A stretch of 64,000 nt of DNA, taken from positions 30,721 through 94,720 of the forward strand of contig JAZSOG010000027.1 in NCBI GenBank assembly GCA_045536845.1. The letters run 5' to 3'. Under the pieces are notes generated by a model. It was given only the letters and a program-made list of their open reading frames with translations, had not been told where the DNA came from and searched no databases. The DNA is from Kiritimatiellia bacterium. GTDB lineage: Bacteria > Verrucomicrobiota > Kiritimatiellia > RFP12 > UBA1067. A program made the position numbers and the translations under genes. Positions 9,701-18,033 of the stretch are shown here, piece after piece; position 1 is the stretch's first letter; each line of letters opens with the position of its first letter.

Positions 9701-10713
9701 GGCTTCAGCTCCAGTCGGTGACGACGAACGGCGTCGCGGTCGCGGCTGTCAGCGGAAGCTACTCTATTGTCTCGAACACGCAGGTCGCGGTGACGTTCGC
9801 CGCGGCTTCGGGCTACGAGATCACGGGCGGCAATCCGGTCGTGTTCACGCTCTCGGGCAACAAGACGTTCGTCGACGCCGACTATCCGGCTGTGCAGGCG
9901 ACGAGCGGCGGCGGCGGCGGTTCCGTCGAGACCGGCTGGACCGGCGGGGCTGCGGATGCGGAAGGGACCGTTTTCCGTACGGACGGGACGCTTCTCTACG
10001 CCTACGCCGTCCAGTCGGTGACGGTCAACGGAATTGCCTTCGCCGCGGACGCCGACCTGAATACGACCTACACGGCGGTTTCGCCGGATTTGGCCCAGAC
10101 GGACGGCAACTCGGGCAGCGAAAGCGTGACAGGAGACTTCGGCACGATGCTGAAGAACTCGTGGGAGTGGGCCAATACGACAAGCACGCTGACGATCACG
10201 CTCAAGGGGCTGACGGCCGGAAAGCGCTATCTCGCTCAGGTCCTCGCGCACAACCAATGGAGCGATACGCTGATCAGCGCCGGTGATCTTGATCCGATGG
10301 CCATGCGCGACACCAACAAGTACGGCGCCTCGCTTGTCTGCGTCTTCGATGCGACGGGCGAGACGGAGGACATGGCGATCAAGTATTCCGGCCCCGCCGG
10401 ATGGCGCGTCCTCAACGCCATCCAGGTGCGTGAGCTTCCCGCGAGCGAGCCTGTTACGGTCGACGCGCCGGTTATTGGCGGGGAAGGGGTCGACGTTCCG
10501 TTCGCGGTGTCGTCCGACAAGGTCGCGATCACGATCAGCAACGCCGCGTCGGGACACACCTACGGCTACAAGAAGTCGACGACGATTGCCGACCTCACGA
10601 ATGCCACGGTGGTCTATTTCACCGACCCGGCCGCTGTTGACGGTGTCCTGACGCTTGAGATACCGAAAGAGGCGAACGAGCCGAGCTGCTTCTACCAGAT
10701 AGTAGTCGAATAA
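6781..10713 (+). CDS. Giant exoprotein A: SGNH/GDSL esterase + 3 Ig-like domains + 3 lectin-like modules + TIPEKTG beta-domain + conserved C-terminal domain
   Basis: Signal peptide MKTKILKSFAASIIAAMSLCAFG. GDS block DIVLFGDSITDFW. Repeats of SYSVxYSL...TCAVTITTDK. Three IRTDG...NAIQVRELG modules. Ends in CFYQIVVE. Confidence 0.85.
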   Translation: MKTKILKSFAASIIAAMSLCAFGIEIGSQVPGSDHSSAPCTPKERTDDYHRNHFSADISGSQGKEFDIVLFGDSITDFWNSNPNLSLDNNPTDTKTFNMGIGSDRVQNLLWRLRNGALDGYTTKYFTLMVGINNGHQKCIDHNEHADRAEDVAESIRLMLCEMATKHPDAKILLMPILPYSFDSKYFEAAEVTAMSEAVNDYILQFVDNKRVFWVDLRSQYLQQNSMPNKVCYREGGHGGYDAVGLCLHPEFFTYSDFWKPALTNAMHKYLSVPVGQAHVADPSLGYAKAAPNADGAGSATITVFGINLGTDANANAVTSYAIDYELDGGAKTRAISNQTGVSKSFVIPNVALGDHTCKVTVTTADNKELVTLLDFTMTEPWYASPLPTDDSAIRTDGTLKYAYAPSACTVNGVTFAAAGNNNAAISGDISWPYSQTSGASAPSSISGAYYELLNRCWWANQGDKEVTLKNLTPGHNYLVQIFGYRNYNSDSKAHVWIKESYWDPNFIKVYGDGWSCGGVLTGALTATAETKTFTIKSDGNYGINAIQVRDLGESGVPIVVQPKVGSVTATTNETAATIFLSGIVLGTDDAGESANSYSVSYSLNNAASVAALSGQTGASAQFTISGLADGEYTCAVTITTDKNKTSAAKSVSFRIGTPPPEVVAASIGSVSAVTSGSTATISLSSVVMGTDDAGVAASSYSVAYSLNSGSAVTALSNQTGASASFQIADLADGSYTCAVTITTDKGKVASKSVSFTINTSLPPVPVGSWTSGPMSADGSTIRTDGDLLYAYAAQNGTVGGVSFVRDAPLGSGGMVSASPVPAMGGGSWGTEGVSGDFGTMLQNGWNWTGDGNELSYTLTLNGLTAGKTYLVQLIAHRQSNSMLVSANGSPTAHVHGSDESNCKYGASIVGVFVASGASATVTVTYTNQTGDRPLNAIQVRELGEGGGGGGEDPIDPVDPTTPVCMLTIPEKTGLQLQSVTTNGVAVAAVSGSYSIVSNTQVAVTFAAASGYEITGGNPVVFTLSGNKTFVDADYPAVQATSGGGGGSVETGWTGGAADAEGTVFRTDGTLLYAYAVQSVTVNGIAFAADADLNTTYTAVSPDLAQTDGNSGSESVTGDFGTMLKNSWEWANTTSTLTITLKGLTAGKRYLAQVLAHNQWSDTLISAGDLDPMAMRDTNKYGASLVCVFDATGETEDMAIKYSGPAGWRVLNAIQVRELPASEPVTVDAPVIGGEGVDVPFAVSSDKVAITISNAASGHTYGYKKSTTIADLTNATVVYFTDPAAVDGVLTLEIPKEANEPSCFYQIVVE
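7924..8439 (+). repeat. Lectin-like module copy A1
   Basis: WYASPLPTDDSAIRTDGTLKYAYA..NGVTF..NYLVQIFGY..GINAIQVRDLG. Confidence 0.75.
9088..9612 (+). repeat. Lectin-like module copy A2
   Basis: WTSGPMSADGSTIRTDGDLLYAYA..GGVSF..GDFGTML..TYLVQLIAH..PLNAIQVRELG. Confidence 0.8.
9631..9740 (+). repeat. 110-nt tract identical to 21274..21383 (gene A versus gene B)
   Basis: Base-by-base reading: ggcgaagatcctatcgatcctgtcgacccgacgacgcctgtctgcatgctgacgattccagagaagacggggcttcagctccagtcggtgacgacgaacggcgtcgcggt is present in both genes. Flanking sequence is similar but diverged. Confidence 0.85.
9937..10437 (+). repeat. Lectin-like module copy A3
   Basis: WTGGAADAEGTVFRTDGTLLYAYA..NGIAF..GDFGTML..RYLAQVLAH..VLNAIQVREL. 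Confidence 0.8.
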
Positions 10714-10752
10714 GCTCGGTTGCTCTAATATAACTCCGCAGGCATTCAAGGC

Positions 10753-12633
10753 ATGGCAATGAAGATTATGAAGAAAACATTGCCATGCCTTGCTGTTGCA
10801 ATTGTCGCGTTTAAGTGCGTGGCGGCAAACCTTGACGGCATGACGGCCTGGAGCCGTTCTTCCGTGGAAAGTCTTTTCGCCATGTGGTGCGACGCGCTTC
10901 TTGCGCGGCAGATCTCGGGTACTGGCGACAAGATGATTGACGGCGGGATTGCGTGTCCCGCGTGCGGCGTCATGCATGGCCGCGTATGTGACCTCGTCTA
11001 TCCGCTTGTCTATCGTTGGGCCACCACTGGAAACGAGCGGTACCTTGTGGCTGCGGAGAAGGCCGTCGAATGGTCAGAAGCAACGATGCTCAGGGAGGAC
11101 GGCGGTGTCTACAACGACTACCAGACCTTGTGGTGGGGCACTACCGTGTTTGCTCAAATCGCCCTTGGCAAGACGCTCCTTTATTACGGAGATCGGCTGC
11201 CGCGAGACTTGCACAGCCGCTGGAGCACGATTTTCAAGCGCGAGACCGATTTTGTAGTTGAACGGTTCGACGACAAGTTCGTGAATACCACCAACGTGAA
11301 CTACCCTGCGGCGTTTTGCGAGGCAATGGCTCTTGCCGGGGTGGTGCTGAAAGACGACGACAAAACCGCGCGTGCAAGGGCGATGGCCGAGAAGCTGATG
11401 GCGCAATTCCTGCCGGACGGTCTTCTCACAGGCGAAGGAGCGCCGATGAGCAAGCGCTCTCCGCGCGGGTATGCGTATGTCGATCTTGGCTACAATCTCG
11501 AAGAGACGCTGCCGACGCTTTTCGCATACGCAGAGATTTGCGGTGACGCGAAGATGAAGGATGCCGTTCTCGCTTCGGCTATCGCGCACGCCGAGTTCAT
11601 TCTTCCTGATGGTGGCATGGATAACTCTTTCGGAAGCAGGAGCCCGAAGTGGACATACTACGGCAGCCGCACGTCAGACGGCATGCTGCCGATCCTTGGC
11701 GCTCTTGCAAAAGTAGGCGTGCCATGGGCTGCCAAGGCGATGGAGCTTCATCTTGATCTCTACAGGCGATGCACGAACTCGGCTGGCCTTTTGGCGGGCG
11801 GGGTGCAGTACGAGGCGGCCGACGAGCCGGCGTGCGTGCATCATTCGTTCGCACATATAAAATCCATTGTCGACATTCTTCGCAATGGCTCTATTCCCGA
11901 GAAGGTCGCTGACGCACGTCTGCCGCGCGAAAATTGCTATGGCCTAAAGTCCTTCCCTTCAATAGGCGTGGAACTCGCCGCGGTAGGTCCTTGGCGCGCC
12001 ACTTTTGCCGGTGGCGACTCCTTCGTGCAGGGCATGGTAGGGCATCGTGTTTCTGGTGGTGGGCCTTCCTTGCTGTGGCATGAGGCCGTCGGGCCATTGA
12101 TTGTCGGCACGATGGCGGACTACAGCATTATTGAAGCAAGGAATCTTCAGGACCTTCGCCACGAACGGACGGTTCTTTCGATGATGCCGCGCATAGAGGC
12201 GGGCGATATGTCCAGTTCTGCGCGCGACGTAGATGTCGAAATGAAGGCGACATGCGTCTCGAACGTAGTCGCGTGCAGCGCGCGCGGACAGCTTACGGGA
12301 AAGCGAGGGAACCGCGGTGCGGCTTACGAGCTTGTTTCGCGCGTTGATGAAAAAGAGTTTTCGCTTGGCGGCAAATGCGACGTAGACGCGCGTTTCATAC
12401 TCCCCGTCGTCGCCCTCAATACCGACCGCGTCGAAATTGGAAATGGGCGCGTCAGAATCGAGAAGGGCAGCTCTGTTGTCACGATTGAATCCGAATTGCC
12501 GTTTGAACTTGCAAGAACAGATCGCGGTAACCGCGCTTTTTCGCCGATAGGAGGTTTCCTCTATGCTTATTTGACGGCGCCTATATGCGCAGAAGATGCG
12601 TTTAACGTGCGTATTTCCGTCAGTTCCAAGTAA
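10753..12633 (+). CDS. Secreted hypothetical protein (possibly alpha/alpha-toroid-like); function unassigned
   Basis: 626-aa ORF with an N-terminal signal peptide (KKTLPCLAVAIVAFKCVAA), 40 nt after gene A. Amino-acid composition looks like a real protein, unlike its Arg-rich antisense ORFs. No family motif that I can name. Confidence 0.6.
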   Translation: MAMKIMKKTLPCLAVAIVAFKCVAANLDGMTAWSRSSVESLFAMWCDALLARQISGTGDKMIDGGIACPACGVMHGRVCDLVYPLVYRWATTGNERYLVAAEKAVEWSEATMLREDGGVYNDYQTLWWGTTVFAQIALGKTLLYYGDRLPRDLHSRWSTIFKRETDFVVERFDDKFVNTTNVNYPAAFCEAMALAGVVLKDDDKTARARAMAEKLMAQFLPDGLLTGEGAPMSKRSPRGYAYVDLGYNLEETLPTLFAYAEICGDAKMKDAVLASAIAHAEFILPDGGMDNSFGSRSPKWTYYGSRTSDGMLPILGALAKVGVPWAAKAMELHLDLYRRCTNSAGLLAGGVQYEAADEPACVHHSFAHIKSIVDILRNGSIPEKVADARLPRENCYGLKSFPSIGVELAAVGPWRATFAGGDSFVQGMVGHRVSGGGPSLLWHEAVGPLIVGTMADYSIIEARNLQDLRHERTVLSMMPRIEAGDMSSSARDVDVEMKATCVSNVVACSARGQLTGKRGNRGAAYELVSRVDEKEFSLGGKCDVDARFILPVVALNTDRVEIGNGRVRIEKGSSVVTIESELPFELARTDRGNRAFSPIGGFLYAYLTAPICAEDAFNVRISVSSK

Positions 12634-12639
12634 GGCGCT

Positions 12640-12683
12640 TACCCAGATGGGTAGTTGAGCCAAAGTCGGCGTACTGTTATAAT
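12640..12683 (+). promoter_or_regulatory. Palindrome TACCCAGATGGGTA + TTGAGC (-35) + TGTTATAAT (extended -10), upstream of 12719
   Basis: Read directly. 17-nt spacer. Followed by AAAAGGTGTATCC and then the ATG. Confidence 0.65.
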
Positions 12684-12718
12684 TCCATTGGAAAATTTAA
12701 GAAAGAAAAGGTGTATCC

Positions 12719-14752
12719 ATGGCTACAGGATGCAATGGACGGATTGTAGGGCTGGCGTCGCTTGGCGTGGCGGTCATGGTGGGTGTGTCGTTTCAGGCAC
12801 TCGCCGGTAGTGCTGGTGCGGAGGGCTCTGACTATGTCGTATCGGCCGATGCAAATGAAGAATACATGGTCAATGCGGCAATTGACGGCTACGCGCGGCT
12901 CGTGAAGCGCGGCGCCGGCAACGTGGTGCTGAGGACAACAACGACTGAGTTTGCGGGCAACGTTGTTGTCGAAGAAGGCGCTCTCTATATCGAAACCGCC
13001 GGTTCGGCCGTGTTGCATCTCAATGGGTCTTTGGTCGGAGGTTCGGCGGGGACGTCTGATATCTTGTTCCGCAAAAGGGGAACGGGCTTGCTTTGCCTGA
13101 ACGGCGATGTTGACCTCGCACGCAACGTGCAGGTCGACCAAGGACTCATGCAAATGACCAGTGCGGCTTCGCGCGTGTACAGTCAAGTGTTCATCTTGAA
13201 AGGCGCAGGCCGGTCGTTGTTGGGTGACGGACATGCGTTTATGAACTGGATTCGCGTTGGCCTCGATAGCTATGGCGTTTTCCATCAGACAGGCGGCATC
13301 CTCGACGTGAACAATGATACCGAAATCGGCACGAGCGCTTCGAGCGTCGGTCACTGGGCCATGTCGGGTGGCGAAGCGTACATGAGCAATTCGGTCTATG
13401 TCGCAAAGTCTGCTGGCAGCTTCGGCAGTTTCATTCAGTCTGGTGGTTTGTTCAAACTTGAGGGCGGGAGCCTGAGTGCTGGTCGCGCCGGTTCGGCTCT
13501 GTTCCATGTGAGCGGGGGAACGAACGATACGCGGGTTACGCAGGGAGGGCAGACCCAGCGCTTTTTTGTCAGTGACTGGGGCGGATGCTCCGATGTGACG
13601 GTGTCGGGCGAAGGGACGTTGCTCGCGACCGAGACGCTGCGCTTCGGAGGTGGCGGCGGAACCGTTTCCACGAATATTTTCAACGTGAAGGATGGCGCAA
13701 TGGTAAAGGCGGCACGCTTCTTCAAGCACAGATCCGCCGGCGCCGCCGCCCTGATCACCGTCAACGCCGACGGAGGAACGCTGATGCCGACGATGGGCTA
13801 CGACTGGACCAACGGTTCGCAGAACGATGCGAACTACTACACGGCTAATCCCAGTCATTTCGTGATCTGGAAGAAGGGCCTTGTCATTGACACGTCGGAA
13901 TCCACCGGAACCAAACCTGCGAGCCACATGCCGTTCTCGTTCGCGGCACCGACCGGAAAGGGCGTGGAGTCCGTCACGCTGCCGACCGAGGGAGACTACA
14001 CGACGGCCAACTACATCGGCCCCGCGCGCATCGTGTTCGAGGACGAGACCGGCTGGGGCGCGAGCGCGTACGCCGAATACGACTTCGAGACGAAGAGGCA
14101 CACGCGCGTCGTCCTCACTTCGCGCGGCTGCGACTACAGCGACAACGCGAAGGCGTACGTGGAGAGCCCCGACCGCACCACGCGCTGGGAATGCGCGCTT
14201 ACGCTCTCGGACAACGCTAGTCTTGGCGGCGAAGTCGTGAAACGCGGCGAGCACGATCTCCACCTCTATGCCACCAACTCGTTTTACGGCATAGCGGTCG
14301 AGTCGGGAACGCTATATGCCGAGACTGACGGCGTCGTGCCGAGCAACACGTCCGTCCGCGTCGAGCATGGCGCGACGTTGCGGTTCGCGAAGCCCGCGCC
14401 GCTCTTCCTCTCCTCCTTCGGTGGCGCCGGCAGCGTGCCGGGGTGCGACATCACGGTGACGAACTCGCTTCGCGCCTCGTGCGCAGACTTGTTCGCGGGC
14501 AAGCACGCGGATATTGACGGCGACCTCACGTTCGCGCCTGGCGCGACGTTCACGATCACTGACCCAGAGAACTTGGCGGCGTACAAGCGCTGCAAGGCGG
14601 CCGTGGCGTTTTCGGCCCTTCATGTGAACGGCGAACCCACGCTTGCTTTTGAGGGGAAGCCGACGGGTTCGGCAAGATGGACGCTGTCCAGGTTGGACGA
14701 TTCCTCGTTCAAGTTTGGCCCGAACATCGCAACGGTGATTGTACTGAGATAG
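12719..14752 (+). CDS. Secreted autotransporter-associated beta-strand-repeat (PATR-like) protein
   Basis: SD AAAGGTG 8 nt upstream. Signal peptide. Repeats of the type LVKRGAGNVVL..TTEFAGNVVVEEGALYI and VVKRGEHDLHLYATNSFYGIAVESGTLYA. Confidence 0.7.
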   Translation: MATGCNGRIVGLASLGVAVMVGVSFQALAGSAGAEGSDYVVSADANEEYMVNAAIDGYARLVKRGAGNVVLRTTTTEFAGNVVVEEGALYIETAGSAVLHLNGSLVGGSAGTSDILFRKRGTGLLCLNGDVDLARNVQVDQGLMQMTSAASRVYSQVFILKGAGRSLLGDGHAFMNWIRVGLDSYGVFHQTGGILDVNNDTEIGTSASSVGHWAMSGGEAYMSNSVYVAKSAGSFGSFIQSGGLFKLEGGSLSAGRAGSALFHVSGGTNDTRVTQGGQTQRFFVSDWGGCSDVTVSGEGTLLATETLRFGGGGGTVSTNIFNVKDGAMVKAARFFKHRSAGAAALITVNADGGTLMPTMGYDWTNGSQNDANYYTANPSHFVIWKKGLVIDTSESTGTKPASHMPFSFAAPTGKGVESVTLPTEGDYTTANYIGPARIVFEDETGWGASAYAEYDFETKRHTRVVLTSRGCDYSDNAKAYVESPDRTTRWECALTLSDNASLGGEVVKRGEHDLHLYATNSFYGIAVESGTLYAETDGVVPSNTSVRVEHGATLRFAKPAPLFLSSFGGAGSVPGCDITVTNSLRASCADLFAGKHADIDGDLTFAPGATFTITDPENLAAYKRCKAAVAFSALHVNGEPTLAFEGKPTGSARWTLSRLDDSSFKFGPNIATVIVLR

Positions 14753-14771
14753 AGGTCTGCCAGCTTTTGAT

Positions 14772-17700
14772 ATGAAGAGCTTGATTTCGTTACTCGTTGC
14801 GGCGATTGCGTTAACGGCGGCTGCATACCTGCCGCCGGTAGAGGAGCGCTGCGGCGTGAAGGTCGAGATAGGGTCTTTCCCGCAGAAGATAGACCGTTCC
14901 GGCAAGAACAAGTTCCTCTGGCCTTTGGGCGTCACCGAGGTTCATGCCGGCGCTCCTCGTTTGTTTCCCGTGACGCTTGAAAACAAAACAGGCAAGCCGG
15001 TCTCCGGAGAGCTGGAAGTGTGGATGAACGACGACTGGGATGTGACGGGGCCAAAGGGGACCATCTCGCTTGCGCCAGGAGAGAAGAAAGAGCTGTCGTT
15101 TACTGGCGCTGCGCGTCCGCGTGCGCTCGACGCCCTCTATCCTGTTCATGCGCGGTTTACGCCTGCCGGCGTGAACAAGGACGACGCGCCGCACCCGGTC
15201 GCGGTGTTCATGTTCAAGAATCCAGATGCCCCGCGCTGCGTACCGAAGATCGCTCCGTCCAGACTTAGCCCCGGAGTGTTCCGCCTCGACTACGGTTTCG
15301 CGCGTACGACTGCACTTGAGGTCGGCGGGGAGGTCGTCGAGGTGCCAGAGTCGGGATCGACTGACGAATGGGGCGCCTTGATGTCGAAGGGCCGTATGTC
15401 GGCAGACGGCATCGCGAAGGACGGTTTCAAAAGCCATCCGCCATACAAGAAGGGGGCAGGGTTCATCTGGAGTGACTTTGCCCTCGATCTGCCTGGCGTG
15501 ACGCCATTAGCGTTTTCCTGTTCGAATTTTCTGGACCCCTACCGCGGCAAGTCGTCGTCCGACGGCGTTGAGTACAAGGTTCTCGTTCTGGAAGAGGGCG
15601 AAGAACCGAAGCTCGTCTGCTCGCAGGTTGTGAGGGATGCAGATTTATGGCGCGGCATGTCCGGCGATCTTGCCCCGTGGGCCGGGAAGAAAGTCACGCT
15701 TCGCCTTTGGACGGGCCCTGGTCCTAAGATGAACACAAGCTACGACAGCGGCGGTTGGGGCGACGTGAAGCTGTTAATCGGTCCGCAGCCAAGGACTCCC
15801 GGTGAAGCCGACTGGGCTGCGCGCTGCGCGCTGGCGCTTGCGGCGGCAAAGACGGCGCGCACGTCTGGGACTGATCCTGCGGCCGGACGCTGGCGACTCG
15901 ATGCCGGTGGCATTGTGTACGGAGCGGGAATCGCTTATGGCGAGCGCGGGCTTGTGGATGGTGCGCTTGCGTTCACGGACGGCGATAAGTCTGTCGTGTT
16001 CCGCGGCTTTGCGACGCGTGTCGAGACGGACGACGGCTCCCCTGCGCCCGAGCCAATTGCGTCGATCCGCGAGGAGAAGGGCACGCTCAGGATTTCCTGG
16101 TCTATTCCCGGCGCGAAGCGCGACGCAGCCGGGTTTCCCCGCATTGTCGATCTTGCCGTGGGGCCTGCAAGCGACACTCCGCATCGCGTCTACTTTGGTT
16201 TCGGCAACGTAATCGAGGGGCCGAAGAGGTTTTCTGCCCGCGCCAGCGGATTTCTTCTCTCCACGCGCCATGTCGGCGCTGACTACCTAAGCGGGCTTTC
16301 CGTGGTGCATGCCGTGGACGTCGTGCCTGATTCTGTGGACTGCGACGGCGCTCGCAGCATCTTCTCGCTCCACGCACACCATGACGCGACGTTCACGTTC
16401 GTCCCCTCGTCGAAAGGTGTGTTCGAGGCGGCGCGCCGGTTCCGCGCCGTGTCAGGATACAAGGCAAGCCCGGGTCATGCCGCGCTCGGTTCGAGGATGT
16501 GCCTCGACCAGTGGGGTGGTGACTACGAAAAAGCGGCGGCGGACATTGCGCTTGCGGCGAAGTATGGCCTCAACGACGCGATTTTCGTAAAGCACGACTG
16601 GCAGCGCTGGGGGTACGACTATCGTTTCCCGGACATCTATCCGCCGCGCGGCGATGCCGCGGCTTTTGGCGCAATGCGCAAAGCTTGCCGCGATGCCGGA
16701 ATTCTCTTCTGCCCGCATGACAACTACGCAGACATCTATCCAGACTGTGATGGATTTTCCTATGACCTCGTGGCGTTCAAGCTCGATGGCACCCCTGAGC
16801 AGACTTGGTTCAATCCCGGCCGCCACGCGCGCGCCTACCGATTTGCGCCGCACGCGTTCTTTCCATGGTGCTTTAGGAACGCCAGGCTGCTGAAGCAGGG
16901 CTACGACCCAGAGGCGGTTTTCATCGATGTCTTTACGGCGCATGGCCCGTTCGACTACTTGGACCGCGAGGGCCGGTTCCATACGAAGAACGAGGTCTCG
17001 GCGAACTGGGGTCGTGGTTTCCAGACTTATCGCAGGGGCTTCGGACGCCCAGATACTGTATGCGTCAGCGAGGCCGGGCAGGATCATCTCGTGGGCGTCG
17101 CGGACGCCGGGCAGAGCGACCACTTCGGCGCTGCGAAGGTGATTGGGAGCGGGAACTTCGCCGACAGCGAGCGCACGCCGTGGCACGACATAGTGACGCA
17201 CGGCTACTACGTCCTGTTCGCGGGTGGGCTCGGGAATCGCTATCAGGAGGAGGACGGCTGGCACACTGGCGGCGACGCCGAACTCCACGGCTATGCTTCA
17301 GACGACTATCTTTCCAACGCCATTCTCGGCGGACGCAATCCGATGTGCGACGGGCCGTTTTCGCGGAATGCGGTAAAGACGTATTGGCTCCAGCACGATG
17401 CCTGCGCCGAACTCGGACGCGCCGAGTTCCTCGACTTGAAGTACGAAGGCAGCATCCACCGCCAGCATGCGTTTTTCTCGAACGGTGGCGAAGTTTGGGT
17501 GAACCGCCAGACGAACGAGACGTGGCGGCTTCCGAACGGCAAGGTGCTGCCGCCCTACGGCTACTACGCGCATACGCGTGGCACGGAGAGCGGCATCGTT
17601 GAGAAGGACGGTGTGCGCTATGCGTTCGCAAAGTCGGCGAAGGGGTTGTTCGTTGACGCGCGCAAACCGCCCGTAGGGCGTGCCGTGTCATTTGGCGGAG

Positions 17701-17942
17701 TTACGACCGACGGAGCGCTGCGCTTCGCGGACTGGACGATTGTTCCACTACCGGCTTCCGGCGCTTTTTCGGCCGAGATCGACCTTGCCGCTTTTGGCGC
17801 GGCGGGACGCGCTGTCGCCAGCATTGACGCGGTGGATTTGCAAGACGGCGCCAAAGCTCCCGTGTGGAGCCTGTCTGGGAACGTTCTTAAGGTCGAATGT
17901 GACGCGAAGTCCTTTGCCTACCGCATCCGCTTTGGCGAATGA
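14772..17942 (+). CDS. Large secreted hypothetical protein, possible glycoside-hydrolase-like TIM-barrel region
   Basis: 1056-aa ORF 20 nt after the previous stop. Signal peptide MKSLISLLVAAIALTAAA. The central FVKHDWQRWGYDY...FCPHDNYADIYPD segment looks like a catalytic barrel, but I cannot name the family. Confidence 0.6.
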   Translation: MKSLISLLVAAIALTAAAYLPPVEERCGVKVEIGSFPQKIDRSGKNKFLWPLGVTEVHAGAPRLFPVTLENKTGKPVSGELEVWMNDDWDVTGPKGTISLAPGEKKELSFTGAARPRALDALYPVHARFTPAGVNKDDAPHPVAVFMFKNPDAPRCVPKIAPSRLSPGVFRLDYGFARTTALEVGGEVVEVPESGSTDEWGALMSKGRMSADGIAKDGFKSHPPYKKGAGFIWSDFALDLPGVTPLAFSCSNFLDPYRGKSSSDGVEYKVLVLEEGEEPKLVCSQVVRDADLWRGMSGDLAPWAGKKVTLRLWTGPGPKMNTSYDSGGWGDVKLLIGPQPRTPGEADWAARCALALAAAKTARTSGTDPAAGRWRLDAGGIVYGAGIAYGERGLVDGALAFTDGDKSVVFRGFATRVETDDGSPAPEPIASIREEKGTLRISWSIPGAKRDAAGFPRIVDLAVGPASDTPHRVYFGFGNVIEGPKRFSARASGFLLSTRHVGADYLSGLSVVHAVDVVPDSVDCDGARSIFSLHAHHDATFTFVPSSKGVFEAARRFRAVSGYKASPGHAALGSRMCLDQWGGDYEKAAADIALAAKYGLNDAIFVKHDWQRWGYDYRFPDIYPPRGDAAAFGAMRKACRDAGILFCPHDNYADIYPDCDGFSYDLVAFKLDGTPEQTWFNPGRHARAYRFAPHAFFPWCFRNARLLKQGYDPEAVFIDVFTAHGPFDYLDREGRFHTKNEVSANWGRGFQTYRRGFGRPDTVCVSEAGQDHLVGVADAGQSDHFGAAKVIGSGNFADSERTPWHDIVTHGYYVLFAGGLGNRYQEEDGWHTGGDAELHGYASDDYLSNAILGGRNPMCDGPFSRNAVKTYWLQHDACAELGRAEFLDLKYEGSIHRQHAFFSNGGEVWVNRQTNETWRLPNGKVLPPYGYYAHTRGTESGIVEKDGVRYAFAKSAKGLFVDARKPPVGRAVSFGGVTTDGALRFADWTIVPLPASGAFSAEIDLAAFGAAGRAVASIDAVDLQDGAKAPVWSLSGNVLKVECDAKSFAYRIRFGE

Positions 17943-17958
17943 CGGACCCGCGTCGTTT

Positions 17959-18002
17959 TACCCAGCTGGGTAATTGAGCTCGACGAATAGAATAGGTACA
18001 AT
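17959..18002 (+). promoter_or_regulatory. Perfect palindrome TACCCAGCTGGGTA + TTGAGC (-35) + TACAAT (-10), upstream of gene B
   Basis: Read directly. 17-nt spacer. Confidence 0.65.
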
Positions 18003-18005
18003 ACA

Positions 18006-18033
18006 GGCAGAAAATCAAACAGAGATTTCTGCC
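18006..18033 (+). promoter_or_regulatory. Inverted repeat GGCAGAAA-N12-TTTCTGCC ending at the start codon of gene B
   Basis: 8-bp perfect arms at 18006-18013 and 18026-18033. The ATG is at 18034. Confidence 0.5.

Noticed and set aside
17959-17972. Reading the TACCCA..TGGGTA palindromes as intrinsic terminators or 3'-end hairpins of the preceding genes
   Set aside because: The stem would be only 5-6 bp with a 2-4 nt loop, and no U-tract follows. The 3204 copy has no co-directional upstream gene. Every copy has fixed spacing to -35 and -10 hexamers. A dual role cannot be fully excluded.
17974-18033. N-terminal extensions given by the ORF track (17974, 25654, 30621, 38641, 54942, 53731, 55027, 4410 and 63915 starts)
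   Set aside because: The extensions run through predicted promoter or -10 elements or an upstream gene. The internal ATG is followed at once by a canonical signal peptide or sits behind a good SD or -10. Several track starts are GTG or TTG.
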